DNA of 64,000 bases from a bacterium (GCA_021786315.1 JAJYNN010000003.1:67360-131359), one strand, 5' to 3'; numbered from the stretch's first letter, positions 8,814 through 18,962 are shown. The notes: generated by a model not told the origin, from the sequence alone. A program made the numbers and translations.

Positions 8814-9632
8814 CTATAATCCACGCCAATCAGTAGTAATTTCAGGCTTCTTTTTACCCACAATTACCGACATCTCAAACAGGCCACCTAGGCTACCATC
8901 TTTAGTAGAAATTGTCCAGCCATCATCTGTTTCATACACTTCTCCCCGGCCCTCAGCATAAATTACTTCGATTGCCAAAGTCATACCCGTACGCAATATC
9001 AACCCTTTTCCGGCAGTGCCGTACTCAGGGATCTCCGGATCTTCGTGAGCCTCTCTCCCCACTCCATGGCCAGCCAAACTTTTAACAACCGAATAACCCG
9101 CGCCTTCCACACCCTGTTGGATAACTGAGGAGATATCGCCGATTTTTTTGCCCTCAACCGCTTGGGCAATCGCCTTCCATAAAATCTCTTCCCCTACTTT
9201 TAGAAATTTCTCCTTTTCTTTCAGAGTACCGGCGTCTCGGAGTGTCGGAGTGTCGGAATTTTCTGATATTCCGATACTCTGATACTCTGATGCTCTGACT
9301 ATTACCGACCATGCCATATCTGAGTGCCAACCTTCATAAACCGCCCCCAAATCAATCCCCAAAACATCCCCGTCTTTTAATTCTATATCCCTGGGTATCC
9401 CGTGGACAACCTCATCGTTAATAGTCAGGCAGGTGGTCCAGTAATACCCGGGCACAGTTTTGAAGGAAGAACGGCCTCCTAATCTTTGGATCTCATTCTC
9501 GGCGATCTCGTCCAGTTCCTTTAAGGTAATCCCTACCCGAACATTCTCGATAACCTTTTTCATAGCACGGGCGGCAATTTGGCCGCTCTTTCTAAAAAGT
9601 TTGAGCTCTTCTTCTGTTCTAGACTGCACCAT
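8814..9632 (-). CDS. map: Type I methionine aminopeptidase with an in-frame repeat-derived insertion
   Basis: NDEVVHGIP, IDLG...SDMA, GHGVG..HEDP, AIE; follows adk. Confidence 0.95.
   Translation of the reverse strand: MVQSRTEEELKLFRKSGQIAARAMKKVIENVRVGITLKELDEIAENEIQRLGGRSSFKTVPGYYWTTCLTINDEVVHGIPRDIELKDGDVLGIDLGAVYEGWHSDMAWSVIVRASEYQSIGISENSDTPTLRDAGTLKEKEKFLKVGEEILWKAIAQAVEGKKIGDISSVIQQGVEGAGYSVVKSLAGHGVGREAHEDPEIPEYGTAGKGLILRTGMTLAIEVIYAEGRGEVYETDDGWTISTKDGSLGGLFEMSVIVGKKKPEITTDWRGL
9221..9300. repeat. 80-bp palindromic octamer-repeat element inside map
   Basis: Left arm tcagagta-ccggcgtc-tcggagtg-tcggagtg-tcggaatt; right arm ttctgata-ttccgata-ctctgata-ctctgatg-ctctgact; the arms are approximately reverse-complementary. 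Confidence 0.85.
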
Positions 9633-10170
9633 AAACCACCTTTCCGGTAAAGCTCCTGGCTATCTCATCCCCAACTTCTTCGATGCTTTTGCTGCCATCA
9701 ATCCTGATTAGTTTATTTTGTTTTTGATAAAAATCTAAAACCGGCTCAGTCAGCTGGTGAAAAATGGACAACCGCTGTTCAATTACCTCCGGAGTATCAT
9801 CTTCCCGGCCTCTTTGGAGTAACCTTTTTTCCGCTAACTCATCGGAAATGTCCAGGTAAAAAACTATGTCAAACTTGGGATCATAGGCTTTGAGCTGGGC
9901 TATTTCCCTGGGGTAACCATCCAAAATAAAGCCTGTCCGGTATTCAGGCTTTTCCAACTCATCCCGCAAAATTTTAGCCATTACCTCATCATCAATTAAT
10001 CTTCCGGCTTCCAAATCCTCTTTGACAGATCTCCCAATAACATCATCTGCTTCTGCCCTTTTACGGGCCAGGTCGCCGGCAGACGAAAAGGCTATCCTTA
10101 ACTTATCGGACAAAAGCTCTGCTTGGGTGGTCTTGCCTGAACCTTGGGGGCCAGTGATGAGTATTCTCAT
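9619..10170 (-). CDS. adk: Adenylate kinase (short form, no LID domain)
   Basis: GPQGSGKTTQA P-loop, FILDGYPR, RGREDD; between secY and map. Confidence 0.93.
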   Translation of the reverse strand: MRILITGPQGSGKTTQAELLSDKLRIAFSSAGDLARKRAEADDVIGRSVKEDLEAGRLIDDEVMAKILRDELEKPEYRTGFILDGYPREIAQLKAYDPKFDIVFYLDISDELAEKRLLQRGREDDTPEVIEQRLSIFHQLTEPVLDFYQKQNKLIRIDGSKSIEEVGDEIARSFTGKVVYGAV

Positions 10171-10174
10171 AGGC

Positions 10175-11461
10175 TTATTTTAAGAAGGATTCGTAGTTCC
10201 TCTCGACTAGTTTGCTCTCGAATTGTTTGGCAGTATCCAAAATTACCGAAACCACAATCAAAAGCCCGGTGCCCCCCAAAGCCAAGGTGGTAACGTTAGT
10301 AATTTGGGAAACAATCGAAGGCAAGATTGCCACTATCCCCAAAAAGAGAGCTCCGGCCAAGGTAATCCTATTCAAGATATAAGTTAGATAGCTGGCCGTG
10401 GCTTCCCCCGGCCTGATTCCGGCAATAAAAGCCCCGGCTTTTTTCAATTCATCGGCAATCTTGTTGGGGTTGAAAACGACAGCCGTATAAAAGTAGGTAA
10501 AGCCAATCACCAGGAAAAAGTAGGTTAAGTTATAAGTTAAAGAGCGCACCTGGAAGTTGGCAATAAACCACCTACCAATATTTTGTAAAGCCGGCTGGGG
10601 AAGTTGGGATAAGTACTGGCCGGCAAACGACGGAATTAATACCAAAGACACCGCAAAGATAATCGGGATCACACCGGCTTGGTTGACCCGCAGCGGCAGG
10701 TACATTGAAGCCCGGTTAACTTCCCGCCCCCCGGTAAAACGCCGGGCATATTGGACCAAAACCTGCCTTCGGCCTTCATTAATAAAGACTACCCCAGCAG
10801 TAATTGCCAAAGCCAAAGCCGCAAAAAGAAGATAATTTAGGATTTGCTGGGTATCAACCAAGGAAGCAGTTTGGGCAACCGTCACCGGCATCCGGGCCAC
10901 AATACCGGCAAAAATCAGAAGAGAGATGCCGTTGCCGATACCGTATTCGGTAATCAATTCCCCCAGCCACATGGCAAAAAGTGTGCCGGCAGTCATGGTG
11001 ACAATTATAAGAAGAATGCTTAAAGGATTAAATTGGAGGATAATCCCCTGGTTTTTGAGCAGGGTAAACATGGCAATTGACTGCAACACCGCCAAAGGAA
11101 CAGTCAGATACCTGGTATATTGGTTAATTTTTTGCCTGCCGTACTCACCCTCTTTGGATAAGGCCTCAAGGGAGGGGAAGACCATAGTTAAAAGCTGGAT
11201 AATAATCGAGGCATTAATATAAGGATTAAGTCCTAAAGAGATAACTGAGAAATTAGCTAAAGTCCCGCCTGAAAAAATATCCAAAAGACCTAAAAATTGG
11301 TTCCCGGAGAAAAGAGAACGTAATGCCTGTAAATCTACCCCGCTTACCGGAATATGGGCTGCAATTCGGTAAACAATGATGATTATGGCAGTGATAATGA
11401 TTTTTCGGCGAAGTTCAGGGATCTTAAGGGAGTTAATTATCGGGGCAAGGAAGCTAGTCAC
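10175..11461 (-). CDS. secY: Preprotein translocase subunit SecY
   Basis: [40 protein letters not shown]. Start set at the GTG overlapping the rplO stop. Confidence 0.97.
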   Translation of the reverse strand: MTSFLAPIINSLKIPELRRKIIITAIIIIVYRIAAHIPVSGVDLQALRSLFSGNQFLGLLDIFSGGTLANFSVISLGLNPYINASIIIQLLTMVFPSLEALSKEGEYGRQKINQYTRYLTVPLAVLQSIAMFTLLKNQGIILQFNPLSILLIIVTMTAGTLFAMWLGELITEYGIGNGISLLIFAGIVARMPVTVAQTASLVDTQQILNYLLFAALALAITAGVVFINEGRRQVLVQYARRFTGGREVNRASMYLPLRVNQAGVIPIIFAVSLVLIPSFAGQYLSQLPQPALQNIGRWFIANFQVRSLTYNLTYFFLVIGFTYFYTAVVFNPNKIADELKKAGAFIAGIRPGEATASYLTYILNRITLAGALFLGIVAILPSIVSQITNVTTLALGGTGLLIVVSVILDTAKQFESKLVERNYESFLK

Positions 11462-11894
11462 GAATAACTTTCCCTCCTGCTTTTTCAATCTTGGCGGCAG
11501 CTGAAGCAGTCACGGGTAATTTTATATTTAAAGCTTTGGTAATCTCACCATCACTCATAATTTTGACTCCATACTTTTTCGCATTACTTTCAGAGACTAA
11601 ACCTTTTTCAATAACGCTTTGCAAATCGATTGTTGTCCCTGCAGCAAAAGCAGAAAGCTTATCTAAAGATAATGTTACCATTTTTGCGCTCATTTTAGGA
11701 TTACCCAATCCCCGACGGTAGGGGAACTTTTTGTACATGGGAAGTGTTCCCCCGATAAATCCGGGAGCAACCTTACCACGGGCTTTTTGGCCTTTGGTTC
11801 CCCGTCCGGAGGTTTTTCCTTTTCCGGATCCCAAACCCCGGCCAACCCTTTTCTTCGATCTTTCGACAACTTTGCTTAATTCGTGTAGTTTCAT
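11454..11894 (-). CDS. rplO: 50S ribosomal protein L15
   Basis: [25 protein letters not shown]. Confidence 0.98.
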   Translation of the reverse strand: MKLHELSKVVERSKKRVGRGLGSGKGKTSGRGTKGQKARGKVAPGFIGGTLPMYKKFPYRRGLGNPKMSAKMVTLSLDKLSAFAAGTTIDLQSVIEKGLVSESNAKKYGVKIMSDGEITKALNIKLPVTASAAAKIEKAGGKVIRD

Positions 11895-11895
11895 C

Positions 11896-12408
11896 TTATT
11901 TCTTCCCTTTTTTAGCTCTTTTTACCTTTGGCTCCTCTGACTCATTCGACTCTCTGACTTTTAATTTCAATTCTTTTAACGCCTCCAAGGTAGCATAAAT
12001 ATTGGAAGCCCGGTTGCTGGTTCCGATAATCTTAGAAACTACATCGGAAATTCCTGCAGCATCAACAACCACCCGCACCGCTCCTCCGGCAATAATACCA
12101 GTACCTGCGGGAGCTGGTTTCAGCAAAACTTTAGCCGCGCCTCTTTTAATCACTACAGTGTGGGGAATAGTCCGGTTATCAACTAAAGGAACAGTGATCA
12201 TATGTCTTTTGGCATAAGTTGAGGCCTTTCTGACCGCTGACTGAACATCGGAAGCTTTACCTAAGCCCACACCAACCCGGCCTTTTTTATCACCGGCAAC
12301 CACCAAAACCGAAAGGGACCTTTTGTCTCCGCCTTTGGTCTTTTTGGAGACCCGGTTTACCTGGACAACTTTTTCGAAAAATTCCGGAACAATTACATCT
12401 GGATTCAT
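11896..12408 (-). CDS. rpsE: 30S ribosomal protein S5
   Basis: VNRVSKKTKGG, PAPAGTGIIAGG. Confidence 0.98.
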   Translation of the reverse strand: MNPDVIVPEFFEKVVQVNRVSKKTKGGDKRSLSVLVVAGDKKGRVGVGLGKASDVQSAVRKASTYAKRHMITVPLVDNRTIPHTVVIKRGAAKVLLKPAPAGTGIIAGGAVRVVVDAAGISDVVSKIIGTSNRASNIYATLEALKELKLKVRESNESEEPKVKRAKKGKK

Positions 12409-12409
12409 A

Positions 12410-12754
12410 TTAGAACTTTAAGCCTCCTTCTCTGGCGCCGCTGGCCAACTTTTCCACTCTTCCGTGATAGGCATAACCGCCACGGTCAAATACTACCTCT
12501 TGGATAGCTTTTTTCAAAGCCTTTTCCGCCAACTTTTTACCGATTTCAAAAGAGATATCCATTTTTGTTTTTCCTTTTTTCTCCAGCTTCATGTCGGACT
12601 CGGCCACCAGGGTCTTGCCCTGGGCATCATCGATAATTTGGGCATAAATGTGCTGGCTGGAACGGTAAACCGCCAAACGCGGACGGGCTGTTGTTCCGGC
12701 TAAATGCTTTCTGACCCTGATATGTCGCTTGTTTCTGCTGGCAACTTTGTTCAT
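12410..12754 (-). CDS. rplR: 50S ribosomal protein L18
   Basis: RPRLAVYRS..HIYAQIIDD, FDRGGYAYHGRV. Confidence 0.98.
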   Translation of the reverse strand: MNKVASRNKRHIRVRKHLAGTTARPRLAVYRSSQHIYAQIIDDAQGKTLVAESDMKLEKKGKTKMDISFEIGKKLAEKALKKAIQEVVFDRGGYAYHGRVEKLASGAREGGLKF

Positions 12755-12755
12755 A

Positions 12756-13307
12756 TTATTTTCCTGCTCCTACCTTTCCGGCCTTGCCTGCTTTTCTCTT
12801 TACATATTCACCGCTGTAGCGGATACCTTTCCCCTGGTAAGGTTCCGGCGGCCTGACACCGCGAATCTTGGCGGCGATTTGACCAACCAAATGTTTATCA
12901 ATTCCCGAAACTTTAACCTTGGTATTATCCTCAACGGCAAATTTAATTCCTTCCGGGGCTTCAATTTCTACAGGATGGGAATAACCAACGTTTAAAGTTA
13001 TCTTTTCCGGAGAACCCTGGACCCTATAACCTACTCCCACCAATTCCAGCTTTTTCTCCCAGCCTTTGGAAACACCGCTTACCATATTAAAAAGCAATGA
13101 TCTTGTCAAACCGTGCAGAGACCGGGACACCTTGTCCTCTTTGTGGCGTTTAACGATTAATACCTGATCTTCCTGCTCAATCTTCACCTCAGGACGAGTT
13201 TCCATATGTAATTCTCCTAAAGGACCGGTAGCTTTGACCTTGCGGCCCTCAATCTCGACATTTACTCCGGCAGGTATTTCAATGGGTGCATTACCAATTC
13301 TTGACAT
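12756..13307 (-). CDS. rplF: 50S ribosomal protein L6
   Basis: MSRIG start, GVGYRV, RPPEPYQGKGIRY. Confidence 0.98.
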   Translation of the reverse strand: MSRIGNAPIEIPAGVNVEIEGRKVKATGPLGELHMETRPEVKIEQEDQVLIVKRHKEDKVSRSLHGLTRSLLFNMVSGVSKGWEKKLELVGVGYRVQGSPEKITLNVGYSHPVEIEAPEGIKFAVEDNTKVKVSGIDKHLVGQIAAKIRGVRPPEPYQGKGIRYSGEYVKRKAGKAGKVGAGK

Positions 13308-13312
13308 AAAGC

Positions 13313-13702
13313 TTACCAAACGTAGGCCATGATCTCTCCGCCTACCTTCTCCTTTCTTGCCTCTTTATCAGACATAATTCCTCTTGGTGTGGAAATAATG
13401 GCAATTCCTAGCCCATCAAATACCCAAGGTAAATCTTTGTTCCCACGGTAAACCCGAAGTCCGGGTTTGGAGATTCTCCGCACTCCGGAAAGGGCCGGGG
13501 TAGCCAGGGATCCGGCTTCTTTGTGGTATTTCAAGGTAACCTTGATATTCCGGTCTTGTACCTTGCAGCCGTCAATGTAGCCTTCCTTCTGCAAAAGCTC
13601 ACAGATAGCTGCCCCTAATTTTGAGCGGGAAACAGTGACCTCTTTTAAGGAAGCCATATAACCGTTTTTAATTCTGATTAATAAATCTCCAACTTTATCC
13701 AT
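13313..13702 (-). CDS. rpsH: 30S ribosomal protein S8
   Basis: DLLIRIKNG, RISKPGLRVY, ISTPRGIM..GGE. Confidence 0.97.
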   Translation of the reverse strand: MDKVGDLLIRIKNGYMASLKEVTVSRSKLGAAICELLQKEGYIDGCKVQDRNIKVTLKYHKEAGSLATPALSGVRRISKPGLRVYRGNKDLPWVFDGLGIAIISTPRGIMSDKEARKEKVGGEIMAYVW

Positions 13703-13706
13703 AATG

Positions 13707-13886
13707 TTACCAGCTCGCTTTCTTGACACCCGGCAATTGGCCGTTGTGGGCTAATTCTCTAAAACAAAGCCTGCATACACCAAACTTGCGGATCACACCG
13801 CGGGACCTGCCGCAGCGAACACAGCGGCTATGATAGCGGACTTGGTATTTTTCTTTATTTTTAACTACATTACTTGTTTTAGCCAT
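13707..13886 (-). CDS. rpsN: 30S ribosomal protein S14, type Z (Zn-binding; absent from the ORF track)
   Basis: Manual translation [59 protein letters not shown]. Confidence 0.97.
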   Translation of the reverse strand: MAKTSNVVKNKEKYQVRYHSRCVRCGRSRGVIRKFGVCRLCFRELAHNGQLPGVKKASW

Positions 13887-13898
13887 ATATTTCTTTTT

Positions 13899-14453
13899 TT
13901 AATTCTTTTTAAAAGGCATCCCTAAAAGCTCCAAGAGCTTTCTGCCTTGTTGTTTGTCGCGAGCAGTAGTGACAATCGTAATTTCCATCCCCCGGGTTTT
14001 TCCGTCGGTGTTTTGTCCGACATAACTGACTTCAGGGAAAAGTGTCTGCTCCTTTAACCCCAAGTTAAAGTTTCCCTGGTTGTCAAAAGAAGTAGTTGGC
14101 ACTCCCCGAAAATCCCGGACTTTCGGCAAGACGATTGTTACCAACTTGTCAAAAAACTCGTACATTCTATCACCTCGAAGGGTAACCATCACCCCGACAG
14201 CCTGACCTTGGGCCAACTTAAACCCGGAGATAGACTTTTTAGCTCTTGTTACCTGGGGCTTTTGCCCGGATAAAGCACTCAAGTTTTCCTGGATCTTGTC
14301 CAAAGCGGCCGCATTATCTTTAGCATCACCGGCTCCAACATTGATGACAATCTTTTCCATTCTTGGTACCTCTAAGTCATTGACAAACCCAAACTCTTCC
14401 TTAAGCTTCGGTTTGATCTCTTTTTGATATTTTTCAGTTACCCTGGTACTCAT
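13899..14453 (-). CDS. rplE: 50S ribosomal protein L5
   Basis: EKIVINVG, GQKPQVTRAKKSI, VTLRG, PKVRDFRG. Confidence 0.98.
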   Translation of the reverse strand: MSTRVTEKYQKEIKPKLKEEFGFVNDLEVPRMEKIVINVGAGDAKDNAAALDKIQENLSALSGQKPQVTRAKKSISGFKLAQGQAVGVMVTLRGDRMYEFFDKLVTIVLPKVRDFRGVPTTSFDNQGNFNLGLKEQTLFPEVSYVGQNTDGKTRGMEITIVTTARDKQQGRKLLELLGMPFKKN

Positions 14454-14456
14454 AAT

Positions 14457-14762
14457 TTATTTAATAACCTCCTTGCATTTTTTGCATACCCGGTATTTTT
14501 CCTGTCCTTCAATTTTGTATCCAACCCTGGTTTCCTTTTTACAATTTGGACAAACCAAAGCTACATTGCTTACCGGAAGAGGCTTAGGCAAATCCAAAAT
14601 TCCTCCCTCGTTTTGTCCTGTCCTTCGGATGTGTCTTTTGTAAAGGTTTACCCCTTCCACTAAAACCTTGTTATCTTTAGAAAAAACACGGACCACCTGA
14701 CCGGTTTTACCGGCATCTTTTCCTGTTAATATTTTGACTGTGTCGCTTTTTTTAATCTTCAT
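14457..14762 (-). CDS. rplX: 50S ribosomal protein L24
   Basis: KIKKSDTVKILTGKDAGKTG, VEGVN, SNVALVCP. Confidence 0.97.
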   Translation of the reverse strand: MKIKKSDTVKILTGKDAGKTGQVVRVFSKDNKVLVEGVNLYKRHIRRTGQNEGGILDLPKPLPVSNVALVCPNCKKETRVGYKIEGQEKYRVCKKCKEVIK

Positions 14763-14764
14763 TT

Positions 14765-15133
14765 TTACCATACCTCCGGTGCCAATGAGGCAATTTTGGT
14801 ATAACCTTTATCACGGACTTCCCTGGCTACCGGCCCAAAGACACGGGTAGCCCTTAAGTTCTTGTCTTTGTCCACAATTACTCCGGCATTCTCATCAAAC
14901 TTTACATAAGATCCATCAGCCCGGCGGACTTCTTTCCTGGTCCGGACGATTACGGATTTGACAACTTCCTTATCCTTCACCTGTCCGTTAGGGACAGCGC
15001 CCTCAACAACTGCCACCACCAATTCACCAACACTGGCTTTCCTTTTTCCGGAACCTCCTAAAGGCTGGATTACCCTTAAAAGCTTGGCTCCGCTATTGTC
15101 GGCAACTTTAATAACTGATCTGTGCTGTACCAT
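14765..15133 (-). CDS. rplN: 50S ribosomal protein L14
   Basis: [29 protein letters not shown]. Confidence 0.98.
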   Translation of the reverse strand: MVQHRSVIKVADNSGAKLLRVIQPLGGSGKRKASVGELVVAVVEGAVPNGQVKDKEVVKSVIVRTRKEVRRADGSYVKFDENAGVIVDKDKNLRATRVFGPVAREVRDKGYTKIASLAPEVW

Positions 15134-15627
15134 TATTTTTTACCTCTCTTTGTTTTCTTCTCACTCTTCTCTTCTTTTTCTTCTATCTTCTCTTCTGATT
15201 TCTCTGATATACCGACACTCTGATCCTCTGACTCACTGATCTTCTGATCTTCCGATTCCTCTGATTCTGGCATTACCTCTGCAATTGCTTCTTTGGCCTC
15301 TTCTTTCAGCTGCTCAGTCACAATAGCCTCAATATCCTTACCAACCACTCTTAAGATCTGGAAGTGCTTATTGGCAGACATTGGTTTGATTTGAACAATC
15401 TCCACCAAATCCCCCTCAGAAACGCCTAAAGTATCATGAACAAGATATTTCTTAGTGCGTCTGAAGGTCTTTCCATACAAAGGGTGAGTTTTGACGCTCT
15501 CCACGATTACAGTCACGGTTTGTGGCTGCTTGGCCGACGTCACCCTTCCGCGGGTTACGGTTTTGGCTTTTTGCATTAACGACTTCTCTTCTTTCATATT
15601 TTGGTTCTTTTTAACTACTTTAGGCAT
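15133..15627 (-). CDS. rpsQ: 30S ribosomal protein S17 with N- and C-terminal extensions
   Basis: GRVTS, HPLYGK...[20 protein letters not shown]. The start codon is uncertain. Confidence 0.93.
   Translation of the reverse strand: MPKVVKKNQNMKEEKSLMQKAKTVTRGRVTSAKQPQTVTVIVESVKTHPLYGKTFRRTKKYLVHDTLGVSEGDLVEIVQIKPMSANKHFQILRVVGKDIEAIVTEQLKEEAKEAIAEVMPESEESEDQKISESEDQSVGISEKSEEKIEEKEEKSEKKTKRGKK
15193..15268. repeat. Degenerate octamer tandem repeat within the rpsQ 3' end
   Basis: tctctgat-ataccgac-actctgat-cctctgac-tcactgat-cttctgat-cttccgat; encodes [25 protein letters not shown]. Confidence 0.8.
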
Positions 15628-15859
15628 TCTTTTCCTCCTTTTGGGCTGCTTCAAACGCTGCCAATACTACTTTTTGCTGCAATACGGTCTGCATTTGCGC
15701 TAAATCCTTTCTTTTATTTTTAATAGCTTTCAAGTTTGTCATCTTATTCGTAACTTTATCAAGTGTCAACTTGGCAATTTCCTCCTCGGCCTTTTTAATT
15801 TGGCCTTCCAGGTTCTTAATGTCTGTTTTTTTAATTTCTGCTAAATCGCTTTTTTTCAT
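15620..15859 (-). CDS. rpmC: 50S ribosomal protein L29
   Basis: Lies between rplP and rpsQ; IKNKRKDLAQMQTV motif. Confidence 0.9.
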   Translation of the reverse strand: MKKSDLAEIKKTDIKNLEGQIKKAEEEIAKLTLDKVTNKMTNLKAIKNKRKDLAQMQTVLQQKVVLAAFEAAQKEEKNA

Positions 15860-15891
15860 AATTTTGTTAAAAATTTCAAGCTTTGCTTATA

Positions 15892-16308
15892 TTAACTTTC
15901 CTTAGTTACAAACTTAGTTTTTAACGGCAATTTGTGAGCTGCCAGCCTTAAGGCTTCAGTGGCGGTAGCAGAATTTACAGCTCCCATCTCAAAAATAATG
16001 CTTCCAGGCTTAACCACTGCCACATACCCAATAACCTCACCTTTACCGGATCCCATTCTGGATTCAGCCGGGTGCTTGGTAATTGGCTTATCAGGAAAAA
16101 TCCTGATCCAAAGTCTTCCCCCACGAGCCGTAAAGTGGGTGATGGTGCGTCTGGCCGCCTCAATTTGGCGGGAAGTGACCCACCCTCTTTCCGTCGACTT
16201 TAGGCCAAAGGTTCCAAAAGACAAATCGTTACCCCGGCTGGCTACTCCGCCTCTTTTGCCGCGGAAAGTCTTGCGGTATTTTACTCTTTTAGGTACTAAA
16301 AGTGCCAT
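15892..16308 (-). CDS. rplP: 50S ribosomal protein L16
   Basis: [30 protein letters not shown]. Confidence 0.98.
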   Translation of the reverse strand: MALLVPKRVKYRKTFRGKRGGVASRGNDLSFGTFGLKSTERGWVTSRQIEAARRTITHFTARGGRLWIRIFPDKPITKHPAESRMGSGKGEVIGYVAVVKPGSIIFEMGAVNSATATEALRLAAHKLPLKTKFVTKES

Positions 16309-16309
16309 A

Positions 16310-16954
16310 TTAAGCCTTTACCGCCTCCCCCCGGTTAATCCAAACTTTAACCCCGACATAGCCGGACTTAGTTAAAGCCGGGACTGCTGCAAAATCAATA
16401 TCTTGTCTTAAAGTGTGAAGCGGCATAGTTCCCAAAGACTTTCCTTCACGCCGGGCAATTTCTGCTCCCCCAATTCTTCCGGAAAGGATGATCTTTACTC
16501 CTTTAGCCCCAGCCCGCATCACTCTTTCCACTGATTGGTTCATTACCCTCTGAGCAGGCAGCCTTTTGGCTAACTGTTCAGCAATGTTTTGAGCCACTAG
16601 ATAAGCAGAGAGGTCAGGAGCCCGGACATCCATCGGAGCAATTTCCAGAGCATTCTCATCCTTGACCTCCAACTCCCGCATTAGGAATTTCTTCAGCTCG
16701 GTCAATCCGGTTCCGCCGCGGCCAATTAAAACTCCCGGTCGGGCCACAAAGATTAAGACTTTAACTTTATTAGCCGCTCTCTCGATTTCAACTTTGGTTA
16801 CCCCGGCAGCTTTTAATTTGCGCATTAAAATTTCCCGGATCTTAATATCCTGGGAGACATATTGGCTGTACTTCTTGCTGTCGGCAAACCATCTGGATTG
16901 CCAGGTGGCGCTTGTACCCATCCTAAAACCTACCGGATTAATCTTCTGCCCCAT
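16310..16954 (-). CDS. rpsC: 30S ribosomal protein S3
   Basis: [39 protein letters not shown]. Confidence 0.98.
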   Translation of the reverse strand: MGQKINPVGFRMGTSATWQSRWFADSKKYSQYVSQDIKIREILMRKLKAAGVTKVEIERAANKVKVLIFVARPGVLIGRGGTGLTELKKFLMRELEVKDENALEIAPMDVRAPDLSAYLVAQNIAEQLAKRLPAQRVMNQSVERVMRAGAKGVKIILSGRIGGAEIARREGKSLGTMPLHTLRQDIDFAAVPALTKSGYVGVKVWINRGEAVKA

Positions 16955-17337
16955 TACTTTTCCTCCTTCTTAGTAACCTTGGCTTTTTTTACTTTTGGTT
17001 CTGCTTCAGCTGCTTCCGTTAGCACTATCCTGATATGGCTTAATTTCTTTCTGAAAGGCCTGACCCTTCCCCGGGCTCCCGGCTGGAAACGGCCCATCTT
17101 AATTCCTTCGTTGACCTCAAGTTTGGCAAAAGCCAGTTTCTCTTCATCAAGGTTTTGCTGTCTGGCATTACCCAAAGCAGTCTTGATAGCTTTGGCTAAG
17201 TCATCAGCTGCAGCCCTGTTAGTAAACTCCAGGGTGGTTAAAGCCCTGGCAGGCTTCATTTTTCTGACCAGATCAGCCACCAGCCGCAATTTGCGGGGTG
17301 AGCTATGTACATTTTTTTGTATACTTGTTACTTCCAT
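16954..17337 (-). CDS. rplV: 50S ribosomal protein L22
   Basis: SPRKLRLVADLVR, PGARGR, SHIRIVL. Confidence 0.97.
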   Translation of the reverse strand: MEVTSIQKNVHSSPRKLRLVADLVRKMKPARALTTLEFTNRAAADDLAKAIKTALGNARQQNLDEEKLAFAKLEVNEGIKMGRFQPGARGRVRPFRKKLSHIRIVLTEAAEAEPKVKKAKVTKKEEK

Positions 17338-17352
17338 TTTTAATCTCCTTTT

Positions 17353-17637
17353 TTAAGTCTTCGCTGATGATTTTTCAGTCATCTTTCCGTGTCCTTTAAA
17401 ATTCCTGGTTGGAGAAAACTCTCCCAACCTGTGACCGACCATTGATTCACTGACGTAAACCGAAATAAAGTTCTTGCCGTTATGAACCATAAAGGTGTGT
17501 CCGACAAAATCCGGAGAAATCTGGCTGTGTCTGGCCCAGGTCTTAATCGGGGTTTTGGCACCACCGGATTTCTGGTTTAAAACCTTCTTCAATAACTTTT
17601 CATCAATATATGGTCCTTTTTTCAATGATCTAGCCAT
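17353..17637 (-). CDS. rpsS: 30S ribosomal protein S19
   Basis: [27 protein letters not shown]. Confidence 0.98.
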   Translation of the reverse strand: MARSLKKGPYIDEKLLKKVLNQKSGGAKTPIKTWARHSQISPDFVGHTFMVHNGKNFISVYVSESMVGHRLGEFSPTRNFKGHGKMTEKSSAKT

Positions 17638-17639
17638 TT

Positions 17640-18464
17640 TTATTTAGATTTTCTCCTTTTCAAAATATATTTATTCGTATATTTCCCAACTTTTCTGGTC
17701 CTGCCAACAGCCGGTCTGCCGTAATAAGTCATCGGTTTCTTGCGTCCGACTCCGGATCTTCCTTCTCCTCCTCCATGGGCGTGAGAGCGGGGATCCATAG
17801 CTGTACCGCGAACTTTTGGCTTAATACCCATGTGCCTTGATCTTCCGGCCTTACCAAGCTTCATGTGCTTGTACTCTTCGTTACCCAAAGCCCCAATTGT
17901 GGCCATTGATTCCAAGGAAATCATTCTAATCTCCCCGGATGGCATTTTCAAGTGAGCAAAGGGTGGTTGCTTCGCCTGTAATGTTAAGGATGTACCGGCA
18001 CTGCGGCCTAATTGTCCGCCTTTACCGGGGGTCATTTCGACATTGTGGACAACTGTTCCCACCGGCATATTTTTCAGCCTCATGGCATTTCCGGTTTTAA
18101 CTTCAACCTTATCTCCGGAAACTACCTGATCCCCAACTTTTAAGCCTTTTGGAGCCAGGATATAGCGGTACTCGCCATCCGGGTACTTAATCAAGGCAAT
18201 ATTGACGTTACGGTTTGGATCGTAAGCAAAAGCCTCAACTTTACCCGCCACAGTAAACTTATCCCGTTTAAAGTCAACGATCCGGTAATATCTCTTGTGT
18301 CGGCCGCCTTGATGACGGACAGTAACTTTGCCGCCGGAGCGTCCGCTCTTTTTAGGAAGGATTACTTCCAGTCCGGCAGGAACCACGGCCAATTTCCCCG
18401 GCTTGGTCATCCTGGAGGCAAATCTGCGGGTCTTGGTTTTTTCTTTGTACTCAACTAATGCCAT
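17640..18464 (-). CDS. rplB: 50S ribosomal protein L2
   Basis: [23 protein letters not shown]. Confidence 0.98.
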   Translation of the reverse strand: MALVEYKEKTKTRRFASRMTKPGKLAVVPAGLEVILPKKSGRSGGKVTVRHQGGRHKRYYRIVDFKRDKFTVAGKVEAFAYDPNRNVNIALIKYPDGEYRYILAPKGLKVGDQVVSGDKVEVKTGNAMRLKNMPVGTVVHNVEMTPGKGGQLGRSAGTSLTLQAKQPPFAHLKMPSGEIRMISLESMATIGALGNEEYKHMKLGKAGRSRHMGIKPKVRGTAMDPRSHAHGGGEGRSGVGRKKPMTYYGRPAVGRTRKVGKYTNKYILKRRKSK

Positions 18465-18475
18465 ATTTTTTCCTT

Positions 18476-18530
18476 GGACAGATCTGGACTTATCTTCCGG
18501 GAGCTATTTAGTCTGCTTCCCAGATCGTCC
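18476..18530 (-). promoter_or_regulatory. Stem-loop in the rplW-rplB spacer
   Basis: GGAC-GATCTGG ... CCAGATC-T-GTCC arms ending 11 nt before the rplB ATG. Confidence 0.5.
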
Positions 18531-18541
18531 ATTCGTATCTG

Positions 18542-18961
18542 TTACTTTTTACCCCCTTTTTTCTTTTTTTCATCATTTTCTTTTCCTTCTTTTTCGATCT
18601 TAACTCTGGTGCCTTTTAATAAACTCTTCTTTTCTTTTACTTCAGCCTCTTGTTCTTCCACTTTTTCAACTTTAGCCTCTGTCTCAAACAAACCGATCTT
18701 TTGGCCATCTTTTAGTCTAATCATGGCTTTTTTAGCTTCTCCGGTAGAAAAGTATTTTCTCCTGTTGCCTCTTTGAAGCTTGTTTTGAGCCTTGATGGAA
18801 GCTGTTTTAATATCCACAACTTTGACCCCGAATTGTTTTTCCACTGCCTGGGCAATTACGTGTTTGGTGGCCTTGGCGTTTACCAGAAAGGTATACCAAC
18901 CGGCTTTGGTAAGCCCCACAGATTTTTCAGATACAATCGGTCTTTTTAAGATAATATTCAT
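18542..18961 (-). CDS. rplW: 50S ribosomal protein L23 with charged C-terminal extension
   Basis: ILKRPIVSEKS, YTFLV..ATK..I..AVE..FGVKV, KKAMIRL. Confidence 0.95.
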   Translation of the reverse strand: MNIILKRPIVSEKSVGLTKAGWYTFLVNAKATKHVIAQAVEKQFGVKVVDIKTASIKAQNKLQRGNRRKYFSTGEAKKAMIRLKDGQKIGLFETEAKVEKVEEQEAEVKEKKSLLKGTRVKIEKEGKENDEKKKKGGKK

Positions 18962-18962
18962 C

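Noticed and set aside
13490-13522. Short GC-rich hairpin encoding a small insertion in S8 (KEAGSLATPA)
   Set aside because: The stem is only about 6 bp and there is no second copy in the window, so a repeat element cannot be supported.
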